Part shown: one piece after another, positions 1 through 8,906 of the stretch
How positions within the stretch are numbered: position 1 is the first letter of the stretch
Layout of the letters: every line of letters starts with the position of its first letter
The notes under the pieces: generated by a model
Told to the model about the DNA's origin: nothing
Seen by the model: the letters and a program-made list of their open reading frames with translations, nothing else
Database searches by the model: none
IMG/VR virus record: IMGVR_UViG_3300018914_000073
Coordinates: 1-56,923 of that record
Source: a virus
Lineage: Duplodnaviria > Caudoviricetes
Reading direction: 5' to 3' (one strand)
DNA: 56,923 nt
Translations under genes and position numbers: made by a program

Positions 1-834
1 ATGGATGCGCGTGGACGTTTGGTCAGCCTCGGCCGTGGGGCTTCTGTGATTGGCGCGGCAGTTCTTCTGGTTACATCTCTGACCTCGAATCCAGCCCTAT
101 CCCAGGACCTAGGCGTTGGTGTCAGTATCGGCGGAGAAGGAGGCATCTCGGCCGGAGTCGGGGCTAGTCTCGGCGGGGAGCGCGGCACCGGAGCCGGTGT
201 TGGCGCAAATGTTGGCGGCGAAAGAGGCGTGTCCGCAGGAGGCGGCGCTAGCATTGGTGGATCGAACGGCGTTTCGGCCGGCGCAGGGGCAAGTGTCGGA
301 GGCTCTCACGGCACCAATGCTGGCGCGGGCGCCAATGTCGGCGGCTCCTCAGGTGTCAGTGCCGGCCTCGGCGCGAGCGTGGGTGGATCTTCGGGGGTGA
401 ATGCCGGTGCGGGTGTGAATGTCGGCGGCTCCAACGGCGTCGGGGCCGGAGGCGGTGCTAGCATTGGCGGCTCGAGGGGCGTCAATGCCGGACTTGGGGC
501 GAACGTCGGCGGCTCGAATGGTGTTGAGGTTGGCATCGGTGTGGGGATTGGCAGTGGCGGAACCAGACCCCCTGGTAGCGGGGTCGTCGGGGGCGGGACA
601 GCCAACCCGTCGCGTCCCGGGATTAGCAACCCGCCTGCCACAGGCGGCCTCAACCCTAACCGGCCCAGCAATCCACCCGAGGCCGAGCGCCTCCGGGCGG
701 AAATCCGCAACATGTCCGAGGATGAACGCCTGAAGCTGCGGCGCAGCTGCGCCATGGTGTCTGCCGCGCCGGAAAGCTACGATGCCGACATGCAGGCCCT
801 GTGCCGCCTCATGAGCCGTATGTCCGCGCTTTAA
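1..834 (+). CDS. Secreted glycine-rich repeat protein (host gene, outside the prophage)
   Basis: Hydrophobic signal-like N-terminus ending PALS-Q; about 10 tandem ~14-aa repeats of type GA(S/N)(V/I)GGSxGVxAGx; C-terminal helical region with two Cys. Confidence 0.7.
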   Translation: MDARGRLVSLGRGASVIGAAVLLVTSLTSNPALSQDLGVGVSIGGEGGISAGVGASLGGERGTGAGVGANVGGERGVSAGGGASIGGSNGVSAGAGASVGGSHGTNAGAGANVGGSSGVSAGLGASVGGSSGVNAGAGVNVGGSNGVGAGGGASIGGSRGVNAGLGANVGGSNGVEVGIGVGIGSGGTRPPGSGVVGGGTANPSRPGISNPPATGGLNPNRPSNPPEAERLRAEIRNMSEDERLKLRRSCAMVSAAPESYDADMQALCRLMSRMSAL

Positions 835-1292
835 CGGCAGGGTACAAGGCAAGAAATATCGGCGCGGTGTTTCCAATACCGCGCCCATTCGTCTGGGCGC
901 TATGAGCACGCGTTCTGAGCGCTCTTCATTAGCTCCTCAGAGAAGGAACATCAGAGAGGCTCGTCGTATACTTTGGCGAGCGCTTCTCGAACTGTGTCCC
1001 CTGCCGCATGCCCAGACGGGGGACCCCAACGGCTCCCGATGAACCGGGTAGCCAGAACCGACGACGGAAATGAATTAGCAAATATTCGCGCTGTCGCAGA
1101 ATAGATCCAACGAACTCTAATAGTTACCTACATTCTGTAAACATTCTCAAAAAATACTACCTAAGACTATCAATACCTCTTAATCACTTTATGTCTGACA
1201 GGTGAAACCTAAAAAACCAGTTTGACAATGACCGATGGTGAATGCGTGATGTCATAGTTGGCGAGCTATGGACAGCTGGTCAACGAAGCTGA

Positions 1293-1577
1293 ATGGAGGC
1301 GGCCATGCCTGCAGAGAAATTCGAATCCGAGGAGACCTTCTTCTACGGAACGGTCACAATCAAGAGCGTCGAAAATCTTAACAATGGCGACAGCGGCTAC
1401 AGCTACACTCTTCAGAGATCCGTTGATTATAACGAAGAGTACGAATCGTATGGCTTTGTCGACTGGAAAGAAAACCTGCACTCCAGTGAAAATACCTTCA
1501 ATGCAGTCGACCATTTCGACGACCTGCACCCGATTCATTTACACACCAATGCTAATCAATGGGAACTGTTAGCCTAA
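1293..1577 (+). CDS. Small acidic hypothetical protein
   Basis: 94-aa ORF in an AT-richer stretch; GGAGG precedes an internal ATG (MPAEKF...). Confidence 0.4.
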   Translation: MEAAMPAEKFESEETFFYGTVTIKSVENLNNGDSGYSYTLQRSVDYNEEYESYGFVDWKENLHSSENTFNAVDHFDDLHPIHLHTNANQWELLA

Positions 1578-2094
1578 AACTTCAGAAAACGAGAGTTCGC
1601 TCCATCTTTACCTCAAAGGAATTGTTGGATCGCACTCATCCAACCCCGACGGAGGTGGGTCGAGGATTAGTCTCCGACCCACCGACTGGGTCTGCGACGG
1701 TCTGATCTGGGCTTCCGTCACGAGGCGCTGCGAGCCATCCTCTAAGCAGCGGGTGTGATGCTGATCCCCTACATCTTTACCGTGAGCAGACGCTCGACCT
1801 GCCAGGTCCGATACTCCTCCTGGCAGGGGCCCGACGCCGATGAATTGCAGGCAGGCGACCGTGTTGGGGACGAGAAGTCGATCTTTCCGTACGCGCCGCC
1901 TTCATTGCACCAACATCGACCCAGGCTCTGAGGACGTTCCACATCTTGAGCAGCATGAACCCCAGGCAAACCCGGAAAAACTGTCCAGACGCCACCATTG
2001 CTTGGGATTGAAATCAAGATTGCGCTTGTGACAGCTATAAGGTTGCTAGGCTCTAGCGAAACCTGCCGTAACTTCACCAAGCTCTTGGAAATAT

Positions 2095-2139
2095 TGGTGG
2101 GTGTGCAAGGATTCGAACCTTGGACCCGCTGATTAAGAG
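2095..2139 (-). other. 3' half of tRNA-Lys(CTT); prophage attachment-site core, not an intact tRNA
   Basis: Minus strand reads CTCTTAATCAGCGGGTCCAAGGTTCGAATCCTTGCACACCCACCA (anticodon loop with CTT, T-arm GGTTCGAATCC, CCA end); D-arm and 5' acceptor strand are absent. Confidence 0.88.
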
Positions 2140-2455
2140 AAATGCGCTCGCGGCTGATTTCCCTTAAATATCAATGTTGTCGGTTGCCAATACGCCGAGC
2201 CTGATCGGACATTTCCCCTCCGTAGAAGAACCACTTTGGCAACCACTCTACTGTAGCTGATCATCATGGCGCCGGATCCACCAGCCCTGTGGATACCGTG
2301 GATAACAGCCTGGTCCTTGAAGGGCGATTTCTACAACCACAAAATGAGCTGCCCGGGTCCTGACGATCCCTGCCGAGAACATCATAGAGACGATGCGCAG
2401 GCTGCCGAGGCCGTGAGGCTAGGAAGGCCTGAGGCTGCGAGCTATTCTGTTGCGC

Positions 2456-2995
2456 ATGGCTGACCGTGTGCATGGGCCTCACCGCCCTACCCCTGAACAA
2501 CTCCGCTTCCGTGACCGATACCGGCAGGCCCGACAGGACCGGACGGACTACCTGCGCATTGGCGCCGGATCGGTCCTGCTGGCCCTGGCTCTCTTCGTCT
2601 TCAGCTCCCTGATGTATGCGGCCAGGGCCGAGACGGTGGACGGCCGGCGCATCGTCATCATCGACGGCGACACCATCGATGTCGGGGGCGAGCGCATCCG
2701 GATCCTCAACATCGATGCCCCTGAGAGCTTTCGCTCGAGATGCGAGGCGGAGCTGAAGCTTGCCCTGCGGACGAAAGAGCGGCTCGCACAGCTCTTGCGC
2801 TCCGGGCCGGTCGAGATCAATCGCGAAGGCCAGGACCGTTACCGGCGTACCCTGGCGACCCTCAGGGTCCGAGAAGGCGACGTGGGAAGGATCCTGGTGA
2901 GGGAGCGGCTTGCCCTGCCCTGGCAGGAGGGCAGCGAGGCGAAGAAGGACCGGCTGCAGGCGTGGTGCGGGCGGGATTCGACTCTCCCTTGGTGA
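2456..2995 (+). CDS. Thermonuclease (SNase-like) family protein with an N-terminal TM segment
   Basis: Motifs IIDGDTI, RIRILNIDAPE, DRYRRTLA. Confidence 0.88.
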   Translation: MADRVHGPHRPTPEQLRFRDRYRQARQDRTDYLRIGAGSVLLALALFVFSSLMYAARAETVDGRRIVIIDGDTIDVGGERIRILNIDAPESFRSRCEAELKLALRTKERLAQLLRSGPVEINREGQDRYRRTLATLRVREGDVGRILVRERLALPWQEGSEAKKDRLQAWCGRDSTLPW

Positions 2996-3003
2996 GATGG
3001 CAT

Positions 3004-3018
3004 GTTCTCAATCCGTTC
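3004..3018 (+). promoter_or_regulatory. Alphaproteobacterial LexA (SOS) box
   Basis: GTTC-TCAATCC-GTTC (GTTC-N7-GTTC) just upstream of the RBS/ATG at 3031. Confidence 0.7.
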
Positions 3019-3030
3019 ACGGAGCAGACC

Positions 3031-3360
3031 ATGTCACAGGCTTATGATCGGACATTCCAGCTAAGGCATTACCCACTGCCGAAGCTGGTCATTGAGTGCA
3101 TCAAGTGCCGGCGGACGGGCCGGTTCGACGTGGCCCAACTGATCGAGAAGCTCGGCGAGACTTACCCAGTCTATCAGGCTGTCGACAGATTGACCCGCGA
3201 TTGGGAATGCGAGAAGCCCGGCGCCATCCCAGCCTATAAGCTGCATCCCAAGGCTATGTACTGCCTCCCTCACCTGCCTGAGTGGCACGAGCGGGTCGGC
3301 CGCTTCTGGTGCGACGCGAACAACGGCCGTAAACCGGCGCCGCTCTACAAAAGCTCATGA
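3031..3360 (+). CDS. Putative Zn-binding hypothetical protein, probably SOS-regulated
   Basis: GGAG RBS then ATG at 3031; CIKC plus later Cys residues; preceded by SOS box. Confidence 0.65.
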   Translation: MSQAYDRTFQLRHYPLPKLVIECIKCRRTGRFDVAQLIEKLGETYPVYQAVDRLTRDWECEKPGAIPAYKLHPKAMYCLPHLPEWHERVGRFWCDANNGRKPAPLYKSS

Positions 3361-3621
3361 CCGCCGCTTGAGCAGCAGATCCCTCACCGCAGCATAGAGG
3401 GCAGGATCGCTGTAGATCCTGACCTTACACCGATGCCAGATCTCGGCCTCGTCTCGGTCTTGAGGATCTTCAGGCTCTATGAAGCGCAGGTGTTCACCAT
3501 CGGGGAGCACGTCCACCCGCACCCTCGTGCGGCGGGCAAAATGGAGGAAGTACTCGGCCAACTCGTGGAGCGTAGGGCTTGTTGAATGGCCGCGCGGCGG
3601 CGTATGCTGCCAATCGTCCAT
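3355..3621 (-). CDS. Hypothetical protein
   Basis: 88-aa ORF with AAGAGG RBS, convergent with the 3031 gene. Confidence 0.55.
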   Translation of the reverse strand: MDDWQHTPPRGHSTSPTLHELAEYFLHFARRTRVRVDVLPDGEHLRFIEPEDPQDRDEAEIWHRCKVRIYSDPALYAAVRDLLLKRRS

Positions 3622-4451
3622 GGCAACCTCTTGAGATGGGGCTGTTGGGATAGGCCCGGTCAGCGCCGCAATCGCTGACTGGGCCGCTTGTTTTGCGAAG
3701 ACAGGCTTCGGCTAGGTCTCGATGGCGATGCGACAGACGCCAGCACAATGATCCTGGTTGCAATCAGCTGGCGGCGTGTCTCGCATCGGCATCGTTAGGC
3801 CCTCAGATGAGTTGATGGGCACCGATTGTGGCGCGACTATCTGAACTTTCAAGCAAAAAATTTCTGACGAATGTTGGCCGTGTAGGGTATAGATCGTACC
3901 CAACCTACAACTACGGGCGCATTTCAGCGAGGCGATTAATCGGATTACGAACGTTCCTAGGTCGGATATTTAATTCCGATTTTCGTCACACGAATTCGCA
4001 TTAATTCGAATCCTTTGGTCAGTGAAAACTTACTTACTTTTGGAGAATCCAATTTTCAAAATACAGAACTCAATCCTTCAAAAATGCCGCTGAGAAAATC
4101 TCGTTCGCTGATACGAGCAAGGATTGGGCTTAGGATTCACGATCAGGATTGATGAACGAATCCTGCATCGATCTTTCCGTTGCGTGGGAAAACGACGTGG
4201 GAAAAGGATCAGTCAATATTGATCCTTAATTCAGCGAGCCAAACTCGGCGTTGCTCTCTGACCTGGGTAGGATTGGTTAAACGAAATTGGTCGGAAATTT
4301 GCTCGAAAGCGAACGCTCCCCGGTCGGAAATTCGATCACAAAAATCGAATTTCCGACTGTTTTTCGTCGCCCGTTTCATCCGCATGACAGGGCCCTACAG
4401 GGCCCCAACACTGCAATCCAGATAAGACTAAAGAATGAAGCTCAAGACGAC

Positions 4452-4486
4452 AAAAGAGCCCTCCCGAGCCGTAGCTCAGGAGGGCT
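4452..4486 (-). terminator. Rho-independent terminator downstream of the lysis cassette
   Basis: Minus-strand hairpin AGCCCTCCTGAGC-TACG-GCTCGGGAGGGCT followed by CTTTT. Confidence 0.65.
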
Positions 4487-4547
4487 AGTTTGGGAGGGAA
4501 CGCCCTAGAAGGGCTCCTCCCCCACCGGAGGCACCGGCGAGGAAGCT

Positions 4548-5015
4548 CTAAATCTGTGGGACAGGAATCACGGGCAGGTCCTGCCATATGGTCCAGAAGC
4601 CGTGTGGGACGGCGTAGTTTACCTGCCCTCGGATTACCAAGTCCCTGAGGCCGTCCAACTCTGCCGGGATCTTCGCGCAGAGCTCGTTTGAGCCCGGGCC
4701 AAGACTGGCAGTCCGGATGTCCTTGATGACCTCGCCGTCCCGCCGGCGCGCGACTACGGCCGGATACTCAACAGCGGTCCCATCCACAACCAAGCTCCAG
4801 GCTACGACGGTCGGCTGAGCGTAGCGCTCCTTGTGCCAGGTCCAGCGCCAGCAGACACGCCCCGGTTCGCGGAGCGTCACCTCCGCCTTCTGGTTGGACA
4901 GAACGGGAGCGAAATGAGCTTCAAGCGATGGGCTCACGTACATGAACAGGGAAGAGCCGACGAACGCAGCGATGAGCCACACTGCGGCGCCGGCCATGAC
5001 TTTCCGCATGGTCAT
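4548..5015 (-). CDS. Membrane-anchored hypothetical protein, lysis region
   Basis: N-terminal TM helix; ATGA overlap with the upstream gene. Confidence 0.65.
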   Translation of the reverse strand: MTMRKVMAGAAVWLIAAFVGSSLFMYVSPSLEAHFAPVLSNQKAEVTLREPGRVCWRWTWHKERYAQPTVVAWSLVVDGTAVEYPAVVARRRDGEVIKDIRTASLGPGSNELCAKIPAELDGLRDLVIRGQVNYAVPHGFWTIWQDLPVIPVPQI

Positions 5016-5401
5016 TTGACGCCGCCTCCCCTGAGAAAGAACATGATCGCGGTGCCGATGCCGCCGAGCAGGATGGTCATCACAGCCAGGAAGCCCTGCT
5101 TGACGATGGCCTCCTTGATCTCACGCGATGAGCGCATCGAGGCAAAATCCTTACGCAGGTTCGCCATATCGTTGGGATCGATCCCGGCCCGCTCAAGAAA
5201 CCGCTCGATACCGCGCTCAACGGCATGCTCTGCCGCCTCAGTGGCCGCGGCCTTGGCGATCTGCTCCACCTCCTCCTTCGAGGGCGCTCGGGCCAACGCC
5301 TGGGCGACCGCATGATCGGCCGCCAGCCTCGCGATGTTCTCGAGCTGGCTGACGGGGATGATGGCCTGAGGGCTTGTTCCGAGATCCGGGATATCGACCA
5401 T
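5012..5401 (-). CDS. Membrane protein with C-terminal TM (holin/antiholin-like position)
   Basis: Helical N-terminus plus C-terminal hydrophobic helix; lies in the lysis cassette. Confidence 0.6.
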   Translation of the reverse strand: MVDIPDLGTSPQAIIPVSQLENIARLAADHAVAQALARAPSKEEVEQIAKAAATEAAEHAVERGIERFLERAGIDPNDMANLRKDFASMRSSREIKEAIVKQGFLAVMTILLGGIGTAIMFFLRGGGVK

Positions 5402-5407
5402 GATGGG

Positions 5408-5857
5408 CTAGGCTCCCGGACGCTTGGCCTGATCACCGTCCACCGCGTCGATCACGGCCGCTCCGATGGTGCCGATAACGGAGCCGAGCGGCCCGAAGGT
5501 GCCGAGCACCTGGGGTAGATGGGTCTTGGCGAGATCCACGAGGTTTTCCTGCGGCACTCCGAGCTTCTTGAGGGTGTCAGGAACTGTCTTGCGTGTGTAC
5601 TCGGCAGCCTCGACCAGCACTTCCGCCTGGACATCGGCCGGCACGACATCGCCCTGCTTGAAGCCACGCTGCGAGAGGGCTCCGACGAGGCCATTGACCA
5701 TGGCAGAGATCACCGCCTTGCGCCGTTCGGTGTCCGCCAGGGCTCCCCATTTGTCGAAGAGCCGGTTCAGAACGATGGGCACGGCCACCGGAATCAGGGC
5801 CACGATGATCGTGACGAAGGCGGTGAGCATCTGCTCGAAAAACAGGTTCCAGTCCAT
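5408..5857 (-). CDS. Putative holin
   Basis: N-terminal TM helix; directly downstream of the endolysin; GGAG RBS. Confidence 0.55.
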   Translation of the reverse strand: MDWNLFFEQMLTAFVTIIVALIPVAVPIVLNRLFDKWGALADTERRKAVISAMVNGLVGALSQRGFKQGDVVPADVQAEVLVEAAEYTRKTVPDTLKKLGVPQENLVDLAKTHLPQVLGTFGPLGSVIGTIGAAVIDAVDGDQAKRPGA

Positions 5858-5867
5858 GGGGTTTCTC

Positions 5868-6575
5868 CTACGGGATCATGGCTTTGAGGGCTGAGGCATC
5901 GATGCCGAGAACGGCAGCGACGGCGACGAGGGCAGTGATGAGGGCCGCCATGGCAGCGAGAGCGGCAGGGGATGGACCGGCGGCGGGCGGCTGCGCCGCC
6001 GGGGTCGACGGGATGTCGCGAGGCGGAGGAACAGGAGCCGTGCCAGCCAGGCCCTTGGCCTTCGTCAGGGCGGCCTCAACGGCCTCGGCACTGATGAGGG
6101 ACTTGTTCAAGCCGTCGCCCGCGTAATAGCTCTGCCCCCGCTCCACCGTCCGGTGAGCGCCCCTCATGCGATAGGGCACCGGGAACGAGGCCCATTCCTT
6201 GGCGAGTTCGATCATGAACTCATGATCGGTCATGCGACCGGAGATCCACCTCTCGTAGCCGCGGCGCCGGAGCAGATACAGGCCTAGCCGGTCCTGATAA
6301 TCGGGCGTGAAGACGTCTTCCGCCTTCAGGTTCAGCTCGGTCGCTAGATCCCGGAGGGTGGCGTCCATGAACTGGTACCGGCCGCAGGCCGAGGAGCCGA
6401 AGGTCTTGGTGCGCCACTTCCCCTGATCCAGCACCTCTTTCATGGTCATGGAGGTCAGGGGCTTGGGCATCCGGTCCATGCGGTTGCCGTAGACGGTATC
6501 GTAGCCTTTCGGGGCTTCCTTCGATCCGATGAAGTCAAGAAGCATCGCCGCCGGCCTGGGGACGGTCTTATCCAT
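5868..6575 (-). CDS. Endolysin, lambda-R/GH104-like lytic transglycosylase with C-terminal TM
   Basis: Motifs LLDFIGSKE, SSACGRYQFM, LAKEWASFP; Pro/Ala linker and hydrophobic tail. Confidence 0.85.
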   Translation of the reverse strand: MDKTVPRPAAMLLDFIGSKEAPKGYDTVYGNRMDRMPKPLTSMTMKEVLDQGKWRTKTFGSSACGRYQFMDATLRDLATELNLKAEDVFTPDYQDRLGLYLLRRRGYERWISGRMTDHEFMIELAKEWASFPVPYRMRGAHRTVERGQSYYAGDGLNKSLISAEAVEAALTKAKGLAGTAPVPPPRDIPSTPAAQPPAAGPSPAALAAMAALITALVAVAAVLGIDASALKAMIP

Positions 6576-6680
6576 GGGGATTCCTCGGTTGTGGGGGAGT
6601 TCAGTCAGAAGCCGTCCACCCGAGCGACAGCGCCCGCCCGAATGTCTCGATGGTCATGATGGATCGTAGTGGGGATAAAG

Positions 6681-6702
6681 AAAAAGCCGCCCGAAGGCGG
6701 CT
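6681..6702 (-). terminator. Rho-independent terminator after the PhyH gene
   Basis: Minus strand AGCCGCC-TTCG-GGCGGCT-TTTT. Confidence 0.75.
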
Positions 6703-6727
6703 GTCTTAAGTCACTTCGTTTTCGTGC

Positions 6728-7540
6728 TTAGGGGATCATGCTCGGATCGAGATCAGCCAACTTGCCGTCCTTGATATAGTACGGCCAGGGCTTTGAGCAT
6801 TCCGCTTTTGCAAACCCGTTCATGTAGTACATGCGGTGGTGCTCGGACCGGTTCGGCTGTGAGCCATGGACGATCAGAGAAGACCAAATCAGCATGTCGC
6901 CGGGATCCGCATCGAAGATCTTTGTCGGCAGATGCTTGAACTTCTCCGCATTCTTGTTGCGATCGAAGCCGCGCAGTGATCCAAAATCATTGTCCTCGAT
7001 AATTCCGATGTCGCCCAGCTTATGGCTGCCCAGGACATATTCTACGCCACCGTTCTCCGCCCGCATCCGGTCAACGATGATCGCTGTTTGCAGATAGGCG
7101 TCTTGTTCGATGATACCTGGATACTCAGAGCGTGGGGACCGGAACATGATATCTTGGTGCCAAGCGAAGCTATCCCCATCCCCAGGCAGGCGATAATACA
7201 GCTGATTGTTCAGCTGCTTGACGTTCGGACCAAGGATCGACGAGACGATTTTCTGAAGCCGCTCGTCCTTCCGGTAGCGGTCGAGTGTCTCATTTGCCAA
7301 CGAAGGCCAGAAGATCAGGGCGGGAGACTCGCCACCGCTTCTCGTGGTGGTTTCCAGAGGGCGATACTTGTACCCGTTCTCGGTGATCTTGGAGAGCTGG
7401 GTCAGTGCCATGTAAGCCGCTGACCGGATTTCGTTCATCTCCTCCGGCCTGAAAACCCCTTTGATGACTGTAACACCATCACGGCGGTAAGCATCTACGT
7501 AACTCTCTTCCTTGGGCTTCCTCACGAGACCAAACATCAT
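6728..7540 (-). CDS. Phytanoyl-CoA dioxygenase (PhyH) family Fe(II)/2OG dioxygenase
   Basis: YRRDG start motif, WHQD (HxD), ENGG...GSHK, PGD...W...VHGS..N.S..R. Confidence 0.9.
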   Translation of the reverse strand: MMFGLVRKPKEESYVDAYRRDGVTVIKGVFRPEEMNEIRSAAYMALTQLSKITENGYKYRPLETTTRSGGESPALIFWPSLANETLDRYRKDERLQKIVSSILGPNVKQLNNQLYYRLPGDGDSFAWHQDIMFRSPRSEYPGIIEQDAYLQTAIIVDRMRAENGGVEYVLGSHKLGDIGIIEDNDFGSLRGFDRNKNAEKFKHLPTKIFDADPGDMLIWSSLIVHGSQPNRSEHHRMYYMNGFAKAECSKPWPYYIKDGKLADLDPSMIP

Positions 7541-7633
7541 TGCCCCTCCCGGCTGAATATCGTTGCATACTCATCAGGAGGCCCGGGCGTGTCAACTGCC
7601 CTCCTCGGTCGCACGGCCCCTTCTGTGTAGGCC

Positions 7634-8161
7634 CTAGAGGTCAGCAAAAGCGAGATCGACCTGCTCGGTGGTCGTGACCTCTCCGGCATCGATCATCGCG
7701 AGCACGGCGGCCCGGCGATCGAAGGTCGCCTGCACGAAGGCTCCAACGGCAGCTGCAAAGGCAATCGCCTGAGCGGCACTCATCTGGATTGGCCCTGCCG
7801 CCGTGTCAAAGTTGAAAACACGCTCCGGCTCGAGCTGCGCCAAGTTCGCCATTCCGTTGATCAAGGTCAGGCTATCAGGGTCGGTCTGCACATAGAGACC
7901 ATTATAGCCAAATCCACCGGTCCGCTTTTCCCGGCTTACCTGGCGGACATAGGACTTAAGGCCCTCTACGCCCAATCGGTCTGCTTCCGCCAGAGCTTTG
8001 AGCAGCTCCTGCTCCGTCGGCAGTTCCCTGCCGTAGCGTTCCCGGATGCCATCGGCGTCCACCGTTTCGACGAACGCCTCGTAAGACGAGACATCCCGAT
8101 AGCCGTCGAGGATGCCGAGGTGTGTCAGGGCACGCCGGATTGCGATTTCATCGAGTGTCAT
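7634..8161 (-). CDS. Tail fibre-associated protein (DUF4376-like)
   Basis: QTDPDS and AVGAFVQATF motifs; follows the tail fibre gene. Confidence 0.65.
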   Translation of the reverse strand: MTLDEIAIRRALTHLGILDGYRDVSSYEAFVETVDADGIRERYGRELPTEQELLKALAEADRLGVEGLKSYVRQVSREKRTGGFGYNGLYVQTDPDSLTLINGMANLAQLEPERVFNFDTAAGPIQMSAAQAIAFAAAVGAFVQATFDRRAAVLAMIDAGEVTTTEQVDLAFADL

Positions 8162-8163
8162 GA

Positions 8164-8859
8164 TCAGCCGACCTTCTGGATGGTGATAAGGGTATATCGG
8201 TTTGGAGCGCCAAAGGTATTCGACAGACCAAGCCCGTAGGTCTGCCCTGCCAGCCCAACCTGATCGACGCGCTGTTCAATGCGGAATGTCTTGGTTGATG
8301 CTATGTTGATCTCGGTGAAGATGATCGCATAGGAATTCACAAGGTCAGCCGATCCGGCGTCGTTCGCGTTCGCGGTCGTGCTGTAGTCCACCACGACGGC
8401 ATCGGAGACGTTGTAGAGCCGCGCCATGTGGCGCTGGACGGCCTCACCGAGTACATAGGCTTGGAATAGATATCGCCCCGCTTGCAGGGTGAACTGATCG
8501 GACGACAGGGTCACGATGCCCTTCGGATCGGCGATAATCGCATTGGTCTTGCGCGTGAACCAGGTGTTGGCGGCCGGCGCATTGCCGGCATTCGTTCCGG
8601 CCGGCTCCGTGTGCGCGAGCACGGCATAGGACGACGCCTGGGCTGAGATCAAGGCTCTGATGGCCTTGAGAAGCTGGGTCGTGTCGCTTTCGCTCGGCGT
8701 CAGTACCTCTTTGATGACGTTGACAATCTCACGCTGCGGATGCTCGACGGCCCGCGGCGGGATGCGCGAGCCCTGTGTGCCGGCCGCGAGGTTGCGGCCG
8801 ACATAGCCGACGCTTTCGTTGAAGGGATCCGGCGTACCGGAGGGCGCGACATAGCGCAT
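8164..8859 (-). CDS. Tail fibre protein
   Basis: Start MRYVAPSG at 8859; EHPQREIVNVI...PSESDTTQLLKAI resembles Mu-like fibre N-termini. Confidence 0.75.
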   Translation of the reverse strand: MRYVAPSGTPDPFNESVGYVGRNLAAGTQGSRIPPRAVEHPQREIVNVIKEVLTPSESDTTQLLKAIRALISAQASSYAVLAHTEPAGTNAGNAPAANTWFTRKTNAIIADPKGIVTLSSDQFTLQAGRYLFQAYVLGEAVQRHMARLYNVSDAVVVDYSTTANANDAGSADLVNSYAIIFTEINIASTKTFRIEQRVDQVGLAGQTYGLGLSNTFGAPNRYTLITIQKVG

Positions 8860-8906
8860 CAGGAAGCTCCCGAAGTGGTTGAGGCGGAATGGAAGGGGAT
8901 GGAGCC

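Noticed and set aside
110-560. ~42-bp tandem repeats as a non-coding array
   Set aside because: They are in-frame Gly-rich peptide repeats with synonymous variation, inside a protein with a signal-like N-terminus
2095-2139. Functional tRNA-Lys gene
   Set aside because: Only the anticodon loop to CCA is present; the 5' half is missing
1600-2463. Small ORFs around the att site (1769-2080, 1777-1998, 2266-2463)
   Set aside because: No recognisable motifs or clear RBS, so support is insufficient
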